IMG/VR virus record: IMGVR_UViG_3300028048_000125
DNA from: an uncultured virus (IMG/VR IMGVR_UViG_3300028048_000125)
Lineage: Duplodnaviria; Heunggongvirae; Uroviricota; Caudoviricetes
Length of the DNA: 64,000 nucleotides
Direction: 5' to 3' (one strand)
The notes under the pieces were generated by a model. It saw nothing but the letters and a program-made list of their open reading frames with translations, made no database searches and was not told where the DNA came from. Each line of letters starts with the position of its first letter. Position 1 is the stretch's first letter. Shown piece by piece: positions 29,644 to 39,065 of the stretch. A program made the position numbers and the translations under genes.

Positions 29644-30957
29644 TTAGTCTGCCCTCATTGCCACAAAGCTAGGAGCACGCAGCGCTTTCGATTTCAGCTG
29701 TTCCTGGCTGGTTACTCTGGCCTCTCGGCCTATATAATTCTGCGGGTTCTCCAACATATCTTTAAGCAACTTATGGTCAAGGCCAGTACCTACCTTGCCA
29801 GCTATACGATCTTCTCCTGGATAGCTATAGTAGAAGCCTCCTGCTCTGGGTGCTCCCTGTGTATCTGCTGGGAAGATGTCGCGAATGATCACATCATAGT
29901 CATCACGCTTCTTACTCTTGTAGGTTCTGCCATCAGGGAAGCTTAGAACGACACCTTCACGTGTCAATGGATACTTACCTGCAACAATCTTAGCGACAAG
30001 ACGCTTGGCCGCTTCACCTGTTACAGGGGGCATAGTATGTATGGACGGATTATTAAGCTTGGCGACAAGATCATCCGCGCCGATATACCAGTCGTCCTGA
30101 CCATTCTTATTCTCTGCAAGCGCTGCTATCAGAAGGCGTGTGCCTTTCTTCTGTTTGGTATCAATTGCATTAACAAGATTACTATGCAACAGACCGGACA
30201 ACGCATTCGGATGAATAGGCTTGCCGTGGGCATCAACTCCATAAAGCTCTCCTCTGATAAGCCTATCTTGTAGAGCTTTAGGAACTTTGGCATTACGAAT
30301 TTCTGGTCCCAGATAATTGGTATACTCTGGGCGCATACCGTTAGCACCGACGCGGGTGCCGAAGGCCCTGATGCCATTTTTGCCAAGATATGCCAAAACG
30401 CTCGCGCCATCAATCTTAGCACGCACCCTTGCTCCCTGATCAACAAGCTTGGCTACGTCCTCTATTGGGACCATTGGGAAATGACCCTTCTTATAAGTCT
30501 TGACAACAGTTGGCTGATCCTTGCTGCGTATCACACAAAGGTAGTTTCCATTTTTGGTACGCCGCATAGAGTATACAGGACTGTCCTGACTTGTACCACG
30601 TGTCCACACGATGTGATCAGGTGTATTCTTGAGTAGTACCATAGGCGAGCGCTCGATTAATGAAACATCACCAGCACCATATTCCCCTTCCGGGATCTGT
30701 CCTTCGAAGTCACCCCAAGACCACTGATGCAACGGCTGCCTTATCATGAGGCGTTTATCACCGATCTCTTCCGGCAAAAACTTTGGTGTCGCAAATGAAT
30801 AAAGACCCTTCGTGGGATCTCCCCATCTCGTGTCTTCATGCAAACCAGCCTTCCTGGCTGCATGTCTTTGCCGTATAAGCGTCAAGACAGCATCAGTAGG
30901 CAAAGTCGCCATGTTGCCGAAGTCTTTTCTGTTTCTTATCCCAGGTGCTGAAGCCAT
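29644..30957 (-). CDS. LigD-type 3'-phosphoesterase fused to an ATP-dependent DNA ligase
   Basis: QRHAARKAGLHEDTR, FATPK, FEGQIPEGEYGAG (PE domain); KIDG, GEL, EGVV, KSK, GKVGTG, LRAP. Confidence 0.82.
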   Translation of the reverse strand: MASAPGIRNRKDFGNMATLPTDAVLTLIRQRHAARKAGLHEDTRWGDPTKGLYSFATPKFLPEEIGDKRLMIRQPLHQWSWGDFEGQIPEGEYGAGDVSLIERSPMVLLKNTPDHIVWTRGTSQDSPVYSMRRTKNGNYLCVIRSKDQPTVVKTYKKGHFPMVPIEDVAKLVDQGARVRAKIDGASVLAYLGKNGIRAFGTRVGANGMRPEYTNYLGPEIRNAKVPKALQDRLIRGELYGVDAHGKPIHPNALSGLLHSNLVNAIDTKQKKGTRLLIAALAENKNGQDDWYIGADDLVAKLNNPSIHTMPPVTGEAAKRLVAKIVAGKYPLTREGVVLSFPDGRTYKSKKRDDYDVIIRDIFPADTQGAPRAGGFYYSYPGEDRIAGKVGTGLDHKLLKDMLENPQNYIGREARVTSQEQLKSKALRAPSFVAMRAD

Positions 30958-31027
30958 TGTTCTATCCTTATATCATACACAAGAACAGACGTAAAGAAAA
31001 AATTTTAAAATTTCTTTGATTCTAGCC

Positions 31028-31055
31028 TTGCATTTTTCGTTTTCTATGCTATATT
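31028..31055 (+). promoter_or_regulatory. host sigma70-type promoter of the sigma factor gene
   Basis: TTGCAT-16nt-TATATT with extended TGn, preceded by an A/T tract. Confidence 0.55.
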
Positions 31056-31084
31056 ACTGTTATCCACTAACACAAGGAGGCAGT

Positions 31085-31921
31085 ATGCAGCAGACTAAAC
31101 TCGACAACATCGACCGTTTCATGAAGGACATCGAACAGTATCCGCGCTTGACTGTAGCTCAAGAAGTCGAGCTGCACCGCATTATGCACGGAGATGATCA
31201 GGATGCTGCAGCAGCTGCACGCGAGAAGCTGATTGTAAGCAATCTCAGATTAGTCGTCTCAATCTGCCACTCGTATACTAAATATAAAATAGGCCTAGCT
31301 GATCTGGTTCAGATTGGAGCACAGGGGCTTATTACAGCCGTTGATAAATACGATCCTACACGTTGCGAAAATCTCGCTGCCGTGGGCGGCTGGTGGATAC
31401 GTCAGCACCTGCGGCGTGCACTGACCTCGCATTCTAGAACTGTCCGCATCCCCGGTGGTATGGCACAGCTGGCTGCCAAAGTCGCGAAAACACGCAATGC
31501 TTTTGAAGCAGCCCATGGACGCAAACCCACCGATGAAGAGCTCGCAGAAGCAACCGGTATCAGTCTGACACGGCTGGAGGGTGCACGCACTGCAGACATC
31601 TCGCTTGTATCTACCAATGAAAAGCTGGATGCAGACAGTGAAGTCACCTTTGAAGAGATGCTGTCAGAGGAGGATGACAGCGAGCAGAAGCGTATGGCTG
31701 CGAAAGGATCGGCGATCGAGCATATCCTAAGCAGCATGGATAACTTATCTGACATGGACCGCTTCCTTATAAAGTCTACTTATGGTATAGGATGTGAGCC
31801 GGTTTCTATGGATGTGCTGACGACTGAAACCGGCTGGTGTAAGCAGCGTATCCATGGCAGACTCTGTCAGATCTATAAAAAGATCCGCGAACATGTAGGC
31901 GATCAGGTGCTTGAATACTAA
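31085..31921 (+). CDS. sigma70-family RNA polymerase sigma factor
   Basis: LIVSNLRLVVSI, DLVQIG..GLITAVDKYDP, WWIRQ, RTVRIP, PTDEELA; AAGGAGG RBS. Confidence 0.92.
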   Translation: MQQTKLDNIDRFMKDIEQYPRLTVAQEVELHRIMHGDDQDAAAAAREKLIVSNLRLVVSICHSYTKYKIGLADLVQIGAQGLITAVDKYDPTRCENLAAVGGWWIRQHLRRALTSHSRTVRIPGGMAQLAAKVAKTRNAFEAAHGRKPTDEELAEATGISLTRLEGARTADISLVSTNEKLDADSEVTFEEMLSEEDDSEQKRMAAKGSAIEHILSSMDNLSDMDRFLIKSTYGIGCEPVSMDVLTTETGWCKQRIHGRLCQIYKKIREHVGDQVLEY

Positions 31922-31953
31922 AAAGAAAGCCCCGGTAATCCGGGGCTTTTTAT
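31921..31953. terminator. bidirectional intrinsic terminator
   Basis: AAAGCCCCGG-TAAT-CCGGGGCTTT flanked by A and T tracts between convergent genes. Confidence 0.8.
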
Positions 31954-32112
31954 TAGCTCGTTGCGATTATCAGCAGTGTCGTCAGCATACACGCACCAAT
32001 CAACACCAGAAGGATCACTGCTGCGGCCTGCAGGAATGTCCGTAGCAATGATTCCTCTGTGTATTCTTCGGTAAGTAATGCCTGCTGCGCTTTTGCAAAT
32101 CTGCCTTTGCTG

Positions 32113-33075
32113 TCACGTACTGTGTGTCTCATTTGCTGCCTCCTCTATGAGCCGATCGATTTCAGCTATTATAGTAGCCGACAGCCTCCAGCCTGTACAT
32201 AACAGCAATGCATCATCGTGCGTTTGCGCCGGATACGTCTTCAGCGCTTCCTCTCTGGCTTTATTCTCGATAGCCACAAGTCTGGCATCATTATTGTTCC
32301 ATAAGTCCCTGATAGGCTTACTTAACAAGAATGTGCAAGGCATGGCTGTCTCTGAGATACTGGACAGATATAGAAGATGCCGGAGGTTGAATGGAGATGC
32401 TTGCTGTATAACATACTGCGATACCCATGCGCGTACCACGTAGTCGAACGCCATCCCAAGCTCCATATCGGAAGCTCGTCTAAACTTCAACCAATCGGAC
32501 GGCACCGGGCAACGGCTCTCCGTTATGCAACCATAGCGTCTATCTTGCCAACGGCGTTCATAGAACTTCCCAGCTGCATAAGACTGACGCTTGATCACAT
32601 CGTACAGCATGCGTATATCAGTGGTCACGTCGATGGCCATCCAGCGAAACTGCAGCCTTCTGGTAGATGGTTGCATGCCAACCAACGATATGCCAATAGA
32701 ACTTCTTGGATAGCTGAATGAATGCATGCCCTTTCTGACAGCATTCTCCAGAACCTCGCAGAGCTTTCTGGCACACTCTTCCTGCCAAACCCTGTCCGAG
32801 ACTTCAAAAGCATATTTGCCACCATCTCTGGCATAAGCAACCAGAAGATACGCTAGCTGTCTACGTTTTATATCGTCGATCGAATCGCTCATGATAGGTA
32901 GGCCTAGCATCAGCTTGGCGGTATGGCCTGCTGACGGATACAGATCTGGCTGTTTAAGAAACCACCTTCTTGGTTTCTTTGGCATCCATCTCGGAAGATA
33001 CGTATAGAACGTTCTGGTCTCTGGCTTGTAGTTCTGCATCCGTGGATCCACGGCACAGGAACCTGCATCAGACAT
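32113..33075 (-). CDS. hypothetical protein
   Basis: 320 aa ORF. Confidence 0.7.
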   Translation of the reverse strand: MSDAGSCAVDPRMQNYKPETRTFYTYLPRWMPKKPRRWFLKQPDLYPSAGHTAKLMLGLPIMSDSIDDIKRRQLAYLLVAYARDGGKYAFEVSDRVWQEECARKLCEVLENAVRKGMHSFSYPRSSIGISLVGMQPSTRRLQFRWMAIDVTTDIRMLYDVIKRQSYAAGKFYERRWQDRRYGCITESRCPVPSDWLKFRRASDMELGMAFDYVVRAWVSQYVIQQASPFNLRHLLYLSSISETAMPCTFLLSKPIRDLWNNNDARLVAIENKAREEALKTYPAQTHDDALLLCTGWRLSATIIAEIDRLIEEAANETHST

Positions 33076-33880
33076 GGAGCGCCTCTTCCCAAAGCTTTAT
33101 GGTCTCTGTCATGCCCAGCTCCAATGCCTTCGCCTTGGCAAGCTCGAACATCGGTATCAGCAGTTCAGGGCTCATCGAAGAACCTTTGATCGACAGATTC
33201 GCGGGATTCGTCGTTTCCTTGGCCTGTGTGTTAGCCTCCTTAAGCGTGGCCCATTTGTGCATTTTGATTTCCCTTCTGCACTCCCTGGCTACCTCCGTTA
33301 CCTCCTTTGATGTCATAAGCGGTATCTCGATCACATCCGGGATCTCCCCAGTAAGTTTCAGGCTTTCCAGTTTATTATACAACTGCCTGAAAGATATAGA
33401 CGTCTGCCGCCTCAACGTTTTGGAATACAACGTAATAGTGGAGCCACGCAGCAAACACTCGGAAGCACAGCCCCAGAGCTGTTTATCTGCCATATTTACA
33501 TAAAGATTTACTGCTACAAGATCCCCGGCAGCCATCTGACGCGTCACTTTAAGTCGGCGCCATTTATGTTCACCACAGACTGCTTTTGTATTGAAATCAG
33601 CTTTCCGCAAGAAGGTACGTGTAGCCCATGCATTTTCACTTGTCGAGCGCTCAAGTATAGCACTACCTCCATGCAGTTTCATCAGATATGTAAACGGATG
33701 ATTGGGTGGGATGTCATACTTTTCACGCATCTGCAACAAGATCGTATGCAGTTCCTCAACTGTTTTATCCTCCATTGCCCCATAGGCCTTAAGCTCCCCC
33801 TGGGCTTCCAGGGGGAGACTGGCAATGATTGCCTCTTCGGAGAACGGATCAACAGCTTTGTTCTCCAGCTCTTCCATCAT
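33068..33880 (-). CDS. hypothetical protein
   Basis: 270 aa ORF, coupled. Confidence 0.7.
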   Translation of the reverse strand: MMEELENKAVDPFSEEAIIASLPLEAQGELKAYGAMEDKTVEELHTILLQMREKYDIPPNHPFTYLMKLHGGSAILERSTSENAWATRTFLRKADFNTKAVCGEHKWRRLKVTRQMAAGDLVAVNLYVNMADKQLWGCASECLLRGSTITLYSKTLRRQTSISFRQLYNKLESLKLTGEIPDVIEIPLMTSKEVTEVARECRREIKMHKWATLKEANTQAKETTNPANLSIKGSSMSPELLIPMFELAKAKALELGMTETIKLWEEALHV

Positions 33881-34464
33881 GCACCGGCCTTTCTGGCAAT
33901 GTCACGCAGTGTAGCGCTGGAACGAAGCAGCTTGAACAGCGTGGTCGGAGTGATGTAGCAGCGGTGATGCACGTGGATTGTACCATCGGGCAGAATGTCG
34001 AAGTTGCTCTTCTGGTGGTCCTGCAGATACTTGAGCTGCTGCAGAATAGTGCGCTTGCGACCATACTCATCCCACACCTGGTAGATGTGTTTCTCCTGCA
34101 CATAGCGGAGCTTGATGACCTTCACCTTACCGGTGATGTCGGCGACAGGAATGCCCTTTGCATACATGCGTTCCTGGTCCTCCACAGAGACGCCACGACG
34201 CTCCAACGCCAGGGGAATAGTGGGACGACTGTAGTCGAGGAAGCACTTGGCGACTGCGTCGCTGCCGATTTTGTACAGCAAACGCCACTGCGTCGGTGTC
34301 CAGTTCTTGAATTCATCCAACTCCCAGAAAGCTTTACGAGCTGCGGTATCCCAGGTATTGGCGGCTTCTGCGTAGATGCAGGCGGCTCTGTAGCGCGATT
34401 CGATACTTGTGCGCCACGCCACAGTGAACCGTTTAATCACTGCACTAATCGTTTTTGTGCTCAT
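33877..34464 (-). CDS. basic hypothetical protein
   Basis: 195 aa ORF, AAAGGA RBS. Confidence 0.7.
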   Translation of the reverse strand: MSTKTISAVIKRFTVAWRTSIESRYRAACIYAEAANTWDTAARKAFWELDEFKNWTPTQWRLLYKIGSDAVAKCFLDYSRPTIPLALERRGVSVEDQERMYAKGIPVADITGKVKVIKLRYVQEKHIYQVWDEYGRKRTILQQLKYLQDHQKSNFDILPDGTIHVHHRCYITPTTLFKLLRSSATLRDIARKAGA

Positions 34465-34503
34465 TTGTTTTGTCCTTTCGGATCAATTGGTTGATTGTTA
34501 AGA

Positions 34504-34740
34504 TCACTTGCGGAACTTTGTGTACTCTTTGTCGATCTCGTTCTTGATATCGCTGTTCAGTGCCGGAAGCACAAAGATAGCGATCAGAACAAGAACAACA
34601 GTTGCTGGCAAACCTATGGTGGCTGCCAGCACGATGGCAAATATCAGCATTACTGCCCTTACGACAGACTCTCTGCTGAGCATTGCCAGGCGTCTGACGT
34701 ACACGGTCAGACATGCCTCGATCCATTGCAGGAATCGCAT
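34504..34740 (-). CDS. small membrane protein
   Basis: long hydrophobic stretch, about two TM segments. Confidence 0.6.
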   Translation of the reverse strand: MRFLQWIEACLTVYVRRLAMLSRESVVRAVMLIFAIVLAATIGLPATVVLVLIAIFVLPALNSDIKNEIDKEYTKFRK

Positions 34741-35685
34741 TTAGACCTCCTTCGTTACTTTGGTTACGACAGCAAACGGGCAGCACTGTATGCCATTACC
34801 CAGGTAAATCGAATTCAAAGAATGCGTGAACCTGAGCTGATGCAACTGCTCTGGTGTTACTGTTTCACCAAGCGCTGCTGAAATCCTGTTGGCTGTCTGG
34901 GTGTTCTTTGTATAGTTGCTGGCACCTCCTTCCTGAATGACACCCATATACTGAACCTTAACGAGGGTATTCCACTTATGCAGTACTCTGCCTGAGATGT
35001 TAACTACAGGATATTCAGGAATGAGGCCGCTTTCTACGGCCTCCGACAGTTTCAGCTGATGCCCGGGCGCATGGATAAGCTGATAGACAACCTTTCCTGA
35101 AGCCCTGGCTACTTTTACACCGTCTGGGAGCCAACTGCACTTTTGCAGCTCCTCGAAGTTCATGTCATCCTGGACGCCTTTAGGAACCTTGGACCAGTTG
35201 ATATGAGCCAGAGGCCATTTCAGGTCTTGATAATACTTGTAGACCCAATCAGCAATCGTGCGCTGCATCTCCTGAGTAAACTTATTGCGAGGGAACTTGT
35301 GGTCCTTTCCCTGCATATCCTGAAGAATACCGTTGCCGCCCCTTGCTGTTGCAGGCGGGATGCGCAGCACCTTCACCGTGAAGGTTTTCGAGCCTTCCAT
35401 AAGGCGCTTATCAACATTCAGCCTTGCGCGGAAGGTGCGCTTAACAGCTCCTTCGTTTGTAAGCACAGTAAGCAGAAGCTTGTTCCGCACAGGATCGAAG
35501 ACATCTGCAATGATGCGTGCATCTGACGGAAGCTCCGGACACACGCCACTCTCCAGAGAGTGGCCTCCCTGACATTTTGGGCGCTCATCAAGCAGCTCAC
35601 CGTGCACCGATACAAGCGCCGGAAAGTCCTCAATAACAGACAATGACTGCTCGGTTGCGTGGGCACTAAGTGTTGCAAAATTCAT
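34741..35685 (-). CDS. hypothetical protein
   Basis: 314 aa ORF, GGAGG RBS. Confidence 0.7.
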   Translation of the reverse strand: MNFATLSAHATEQSLSVIEDFPALVSVHGELLDERPKCQGGHSLESGVCPELPSDARIIADVFDPVRNKLLLTVLTNEGAVKRTFRARLNVDKRLMEGSKTFTVKVLRIPPATARGGNGILQDMQGKDHKFPRNKFTQEMQRTIADWVYKYYQDLKWPLAHINWSKVPKGVQDDMNFEELQKCSWLPDGVKVARASGKVVYQLIHAPGHQLKLSEAVESGLIPEYPVVNISGRVLHKWNTLVKVQYMGVIQEGGASNYTKNTQTANRISAALGETVTPEQLHQLRFTHSLNSIYLGNGIQCCPFAVVTKVTKEV

Positions 35686-35758
35686 TTCTTACCTCCTGGG
35701 CCCACTGCCCCTGCACAGAGCAGAAAGCCCATAACGAAAAACATCACCCAAAAGGCTG

Positions 35759-36220
35759 TCATGCGAAACCTCCGGTGGATCCAAATCCATCGACTCCCCT
35801 GTCAGTGGCATCCAGTTCCTCCAGACTGTTCACGCGTTCAAGTTCAACCTTCGGCTGCACCAGCAGCACAAGCTGCGCGATACGATCACCTTTGTTGATG
35901 GTAAACGGCAGCTTATTTGCGGAAATCAGTACACCGACTTCTCCTCGATAATTGCTGTCCAGCACACCTGCATGAATATCCGTGTTAAACAACAGGGATA
36001 ACCCACTACGGGGCTTAAGAATGCCGACACAACCTCTCGGAATCGCGACATGAAGACCAGTCTTTATCAGATGCCAGTCACCGTCGACGATTACCACAGA
36101 CTCTGCGGATTTGATATCGAATCCGGCATCATCCGCATGCTTTTTATAGAGCTGATCAAGCTCAGGGTCGTTGACGAAATACTTCATCCCTCTCCTCATG
36201 GATTTCCAGCAGTAGATCAT
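35759..36220 (-). CDS. dut: trimeric dUTPase
   Basis: AGFD, PRSG, GVLDSNYRGE, GDRIAQL, RG..GFGSTG motifs. Confidence 0.95.
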   Translation of the reverse strand: MIYCWKSMRRGMKYFVNDPELDQLYKKHADDAGFDIKSAESVVIVDGDWHLIKTGLHVAIPRGCVGILKPRSGLSLLFNTDIHAGVLDSNYRGEVGVLISANKLPFTINKGDRIAQLVLLVQPKVELERVNSLEELDATDRGVDGFGSTGGFA

Positions 36221-36401
36221 TCATATCCACTGCCGGCTCCTGCTGGTGATGCTCGATCAGACGAATGGACTCATCTGCAATGTCACCAATCTGCATAAGC
36301 CCATCATACAGATCGCTGCATTCATCGGCAATGGACATAACCTTGCGGAACCTTTGCAGCAGGATCTCGATAAGTGCTTTATCGTTGTTCATAATGTCTC
36401 C

Positions 36402-36815
36402 TCAGAAAGGGCTGATTGCCCCCTTTAGTTCCCCGATGCGACGCTCCAGGACATCTACAAGTTCCTCAACATCGTCTTCACACTCGATGCAAATCAAGAT
36501 AGCCCGGATGATAGAGATTCGATCCCGATTATACATGCTGAGATCTGCCTCGGTGCTATAGAGCGCTTCTCCAAGAAATCTGCGTGTACATCTGAGCTCG
36601 GTCTTATCGTCCCAACCTTCCAGGCATACACCCTGCTCTGCAAGATCCTGCGCACGTACGGCCATCTGCTGCAGCTCTACCAAGCGTCTGTTAGGATCTC
36701 CAGACAGCATATAGGCATCATGCAACAGCTCCTTAGCTGTATCATCGTCGGTGAGCGCCAGCAAGTCTTCAAGCTCGATGTGATGCGTTATCGTGAAACT
36801 TAGTTGCTCTGACAT
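36402..36815 (-). CDS. hypothetical protein
   Basis: 137 aa ORF with RBS. Confidence 0.65.
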   Translation of the reverse strand: MSEQLSFTITHHIELEDLLALTDDDTAKELLHDAYMLSGDPNRRLVELQQMAVRAQDLAEQGVCLEGWDDKTELRCTRRFLGEALYSTEADLSMYNRDRISIIRAILICIECEDDVEELVDVLERRIGELKGAISPF

Positions 36816-36824
36816 AACACCTCC

Positions 36825-37286
36825 TTACATCGGGCTCTGGGACAGCGCATCTCTGGTTGTGTCAAGCCACTTGTTCAGTGTTGCCTCAAAGGAGCCGATA
36901 TCGTTGCACCTGATATCTGCTGTCAATGAAACCAGCAACTCAATCTGCAGCGTCTCCAGCAGCGACATACACTGTGCATGCGCCTGTATCGCTGTCAGCT
37001 TTTCATAAAGCTCATCCAGCTCAGCACTATCGTCCGGGAAATCAAATTCCGCGTCCTCTGACACGTAAGAGTCGTCTTCCGCGTGCCGGTGGTACAGTTT
37101 GTCAATTCTCTCAAGCCGTTTAAGCTGAATTGATGTGGGTGCCGGTTCCAATTCCCATATCATCCGATAGAGATCCAGCACCCATCCGGACAGATCGAAA
37201 GCCATGCACTGGAAGTCATCTTCCCAGTTCAGTGTTGTTGTGTAGTGAATCAAATATTCACGGTTTTGTATTGTGGGTCTGCTCAT
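36825..37286 (-). CDS. hypothetical protein
   Basis: ATG overlaps the nadA exon 2 stop (ATGA). Confidence 0.7.
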   Translation of the reverse strand: MSRPTIQNREYLIHYTTTLNWEDDFQCMAFDLSGWVLDLYRMIWELEPAPTSIQLKRLERIDKLYHRHAEDDSYVSEDAEFDFPDDSAELDELYEKLTAIQAHAQCMSLLETLQIELLVSLTADIRCNDIGSFEATLNKWLDTTRDALSQSPM

Positions 37287-37414
37287 TCACTAAGCTCCAA
37301 CATTCTCTGGATCGGACGGCGTGCCTCTACAATCGTATTGGCATCCAGTTTGATCTCCGAGTCATCCGGATACTTCAATGCAAGCAGCACATCGCCCAGC
37401 AGGATCTTCTTCAT
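37283..37414 (-). CDS. nadA: quinolinate synthase, exon 2
   Basis: translates MKKILLGDVLLALKYPDDSEIKLDANTIVEARRPIQRMLELSE*, a typical NadA C-terminus continuing CPN|MKK. Confidence 0.88.
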   Translation of the reverse strand: MKKILLGDVLLALKYPDDSEIKLDANTIVEARRPIQRMLELSE

Positions 37415-37507
37415 CTGGCATGAAACTTTCGTTCCTCGCTACTTCAACCAACCTCGTCGACTATCCGGCGGAGCCGGAGTCGTGGACTCGGTTGTCCGTA
37501 GCATACT

Positions 37508-38665
37508 TCAGCCCTGCCCGGGCTGGGAGATATAGTTAGCCAAATTCCTAGCCGCATTGAGGTCTCGATCGAGTTCGAGCCCACAATGCGGACAGACATA
37601 AGTTCGTTGAGTTAGGGGCATCGGGTGACGATGCCCGCAAGATGAACAAAGCTGGGAAGAAGCATAATACCAAGGTGCCTTCTTGAGGTGTTGAGCCTTG
37701 TACTCAAGTTGTCTAAGAACTTCTCCCATACATGCCCTGGAGGCCGCTCTACGAGCGCCTCTTCCGGGCATCTTACGTATCATCTTCCGCACATCCAACG
37801 ATTCAATCACTACAGTCCCGTGGTTATTGGTGACCTCATGAGTGAACTTATGCATGGCATCTTTACGTTTGTTATTGATGCGCTTTTGCAAAGCGCGAAA
37901 CTTTTTCTGAGTCTTTTTGTAACTATTGGAAACTGGATTATTAGCGTTCACGAGGCGAGAGCGATCCATCTTTGCTTGGTAATGTCTGAGCTTGGCTTCT
38001 TCCCTGGAAGCATCTGGCAGGTGCAGCTCTGTGCCATCACTGCACACTGCTGATGTTTTAATGCCGACATCAACACCGCATACTGAATATGGACTCTGAC
38101 AGGTGTGTGGATTGCTGTCTAGTTCAAAAGCAATCGTAACATACCAGTCATCACCTTCCCTGGTAACTGTGTATGATGTTATCTTAGCCTCAAAGCGCGG
38201 CTGTTCAGCCAATGCAATCAACTCATTTCCACAAAGCGCTTTAAGCTTGGGGCATTTGAAGAAAGCTTTAGGACCCCGGTAGACGATAGCACCGTTATAG
38301 TTACCGGCTTGTATCCAGAAAGCTGCTCTATATGCCGATTTCTTTTTGTGGTTTGGTTTACATGCTTTATGTTTAGCAGCTTGTTGGACACCATGCCACA
38401 TGTTAGACACCGCATGTTGTAATGAACATGTTGGTGCATCGTATAACCAGGCATTCACAGGAACTTGCTTATATCGCGTTAATTCCGCAGATAGCTCTTG
38501 TAAACCAAACCAAGGTCTTTTATTATCCTTGGCTTCAACATACCACGCACAGCAGATATCCAGCATATGATTATACACAGCTCGAACATGCCCAAAAAAT
38601 AATGTTAGTACTGGGATTTGGGATCTTGTTGGATATGCTCTTATTCGCTGTCGTACTCTAAACAT
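37508..38665 (-). CDS. tnpB: TnpB RNA-guided endonuclease
   Basis: RAYPT N-terminus; RuvC GVDVG, VIESL, DRDLNAARN; CSSCG/CPHCG zinc finger; start moved to MFRV. Confidence 0.92.
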   Translation of the reverse strand: MFRVRQRIRAYPTRSQIPVLTLFFGHVRAVYNHMLDICCAWYVEAKDNKRPWFGLQELSAELTRYKQVPVNAWLYDAPTCSLQHAVSNMWHGVQQAAKHKACKPNHKKKSAYRAAFWIQAGNYNGAIVYRGPKAFFKCPKLKALCGNELIALAEQPRFEAKITSYTVTREGDDWYVTIAFELDSNPHTCQSPYSVCGVDVGIKTSAVCSDGTELHLPDASREEAKLRHYQAKMDRSRLVNANNPVSNSYKKTQKKFRALQKRINNKRKDAMHKFTHEVTNNHGTVVIESLDVRKMIRKMPGRGARRAASRACMGEVLRQLEYKAQHLKKAPWYYASSQLCSSCGHRHPMPLTQRTYVCPHCGLELDRDLNAARNLANYISQPGQG

Positions 38666-38759
38666 TTGTATGCTGCTATGCAAGTGCTTAATGTGCTTCC
38701 AATAGTTGCTACTATTACAGTAGCACAAACGTAAATAACTATATCTCCATGGAACGAGA

Positions 38760-39065
38760 GATCCACGGTTCTGTTCACCAAGCCTCGCTGGGGCTCAGCA
38801 GGTTTCTTGGCGTTACCCAAGACCACTCACATGCTTTCGCATGTAGCACTGACTATATCATTCACCAATTCCTTGGTGAGAGTACTTCCCCTTTCCAAAC
38901 GCTTGATCGGGTACTCCCTTATGGGATAGTCGATGAACCTTCTTTGCAGCGGGTTTCTCTCGCTGCAAAGCTCGGCTGCTGATTGGCATGCACCTTATGG
39001 TGTTTAGCTTTCCAGCAATTCACTTTCTTATTCGATAACGATTACTCGTTAAAGGAACCTAGAAG
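38760..39065 (-). ncRNA. group I intron ribozyme core, copy 1
   Basis: P AATTGCTGGAAA, Q AATCAGCAGC, R GTTCATCGACTA, S GATATAGTC; GTAA and GAAA tetraloops. Confidence 0.88.

Larger units (their letters stand above)
37415..39065 (-). mobile_element. group I intron carrying tnpB (IStron-like), inserted in nadA
   Basis: 5' exon ends in U, intron ends in G; P/Q/R/S core present; removing 1651 nt restores the nadA frame. Confidence 0.88.

Noticed and set aside
38641..38982. Short ORFs inside intron 1 as tnpA
   Set aside because: No HUH/Y1 or serine recombinase motifs; they overlap the ribozyme core
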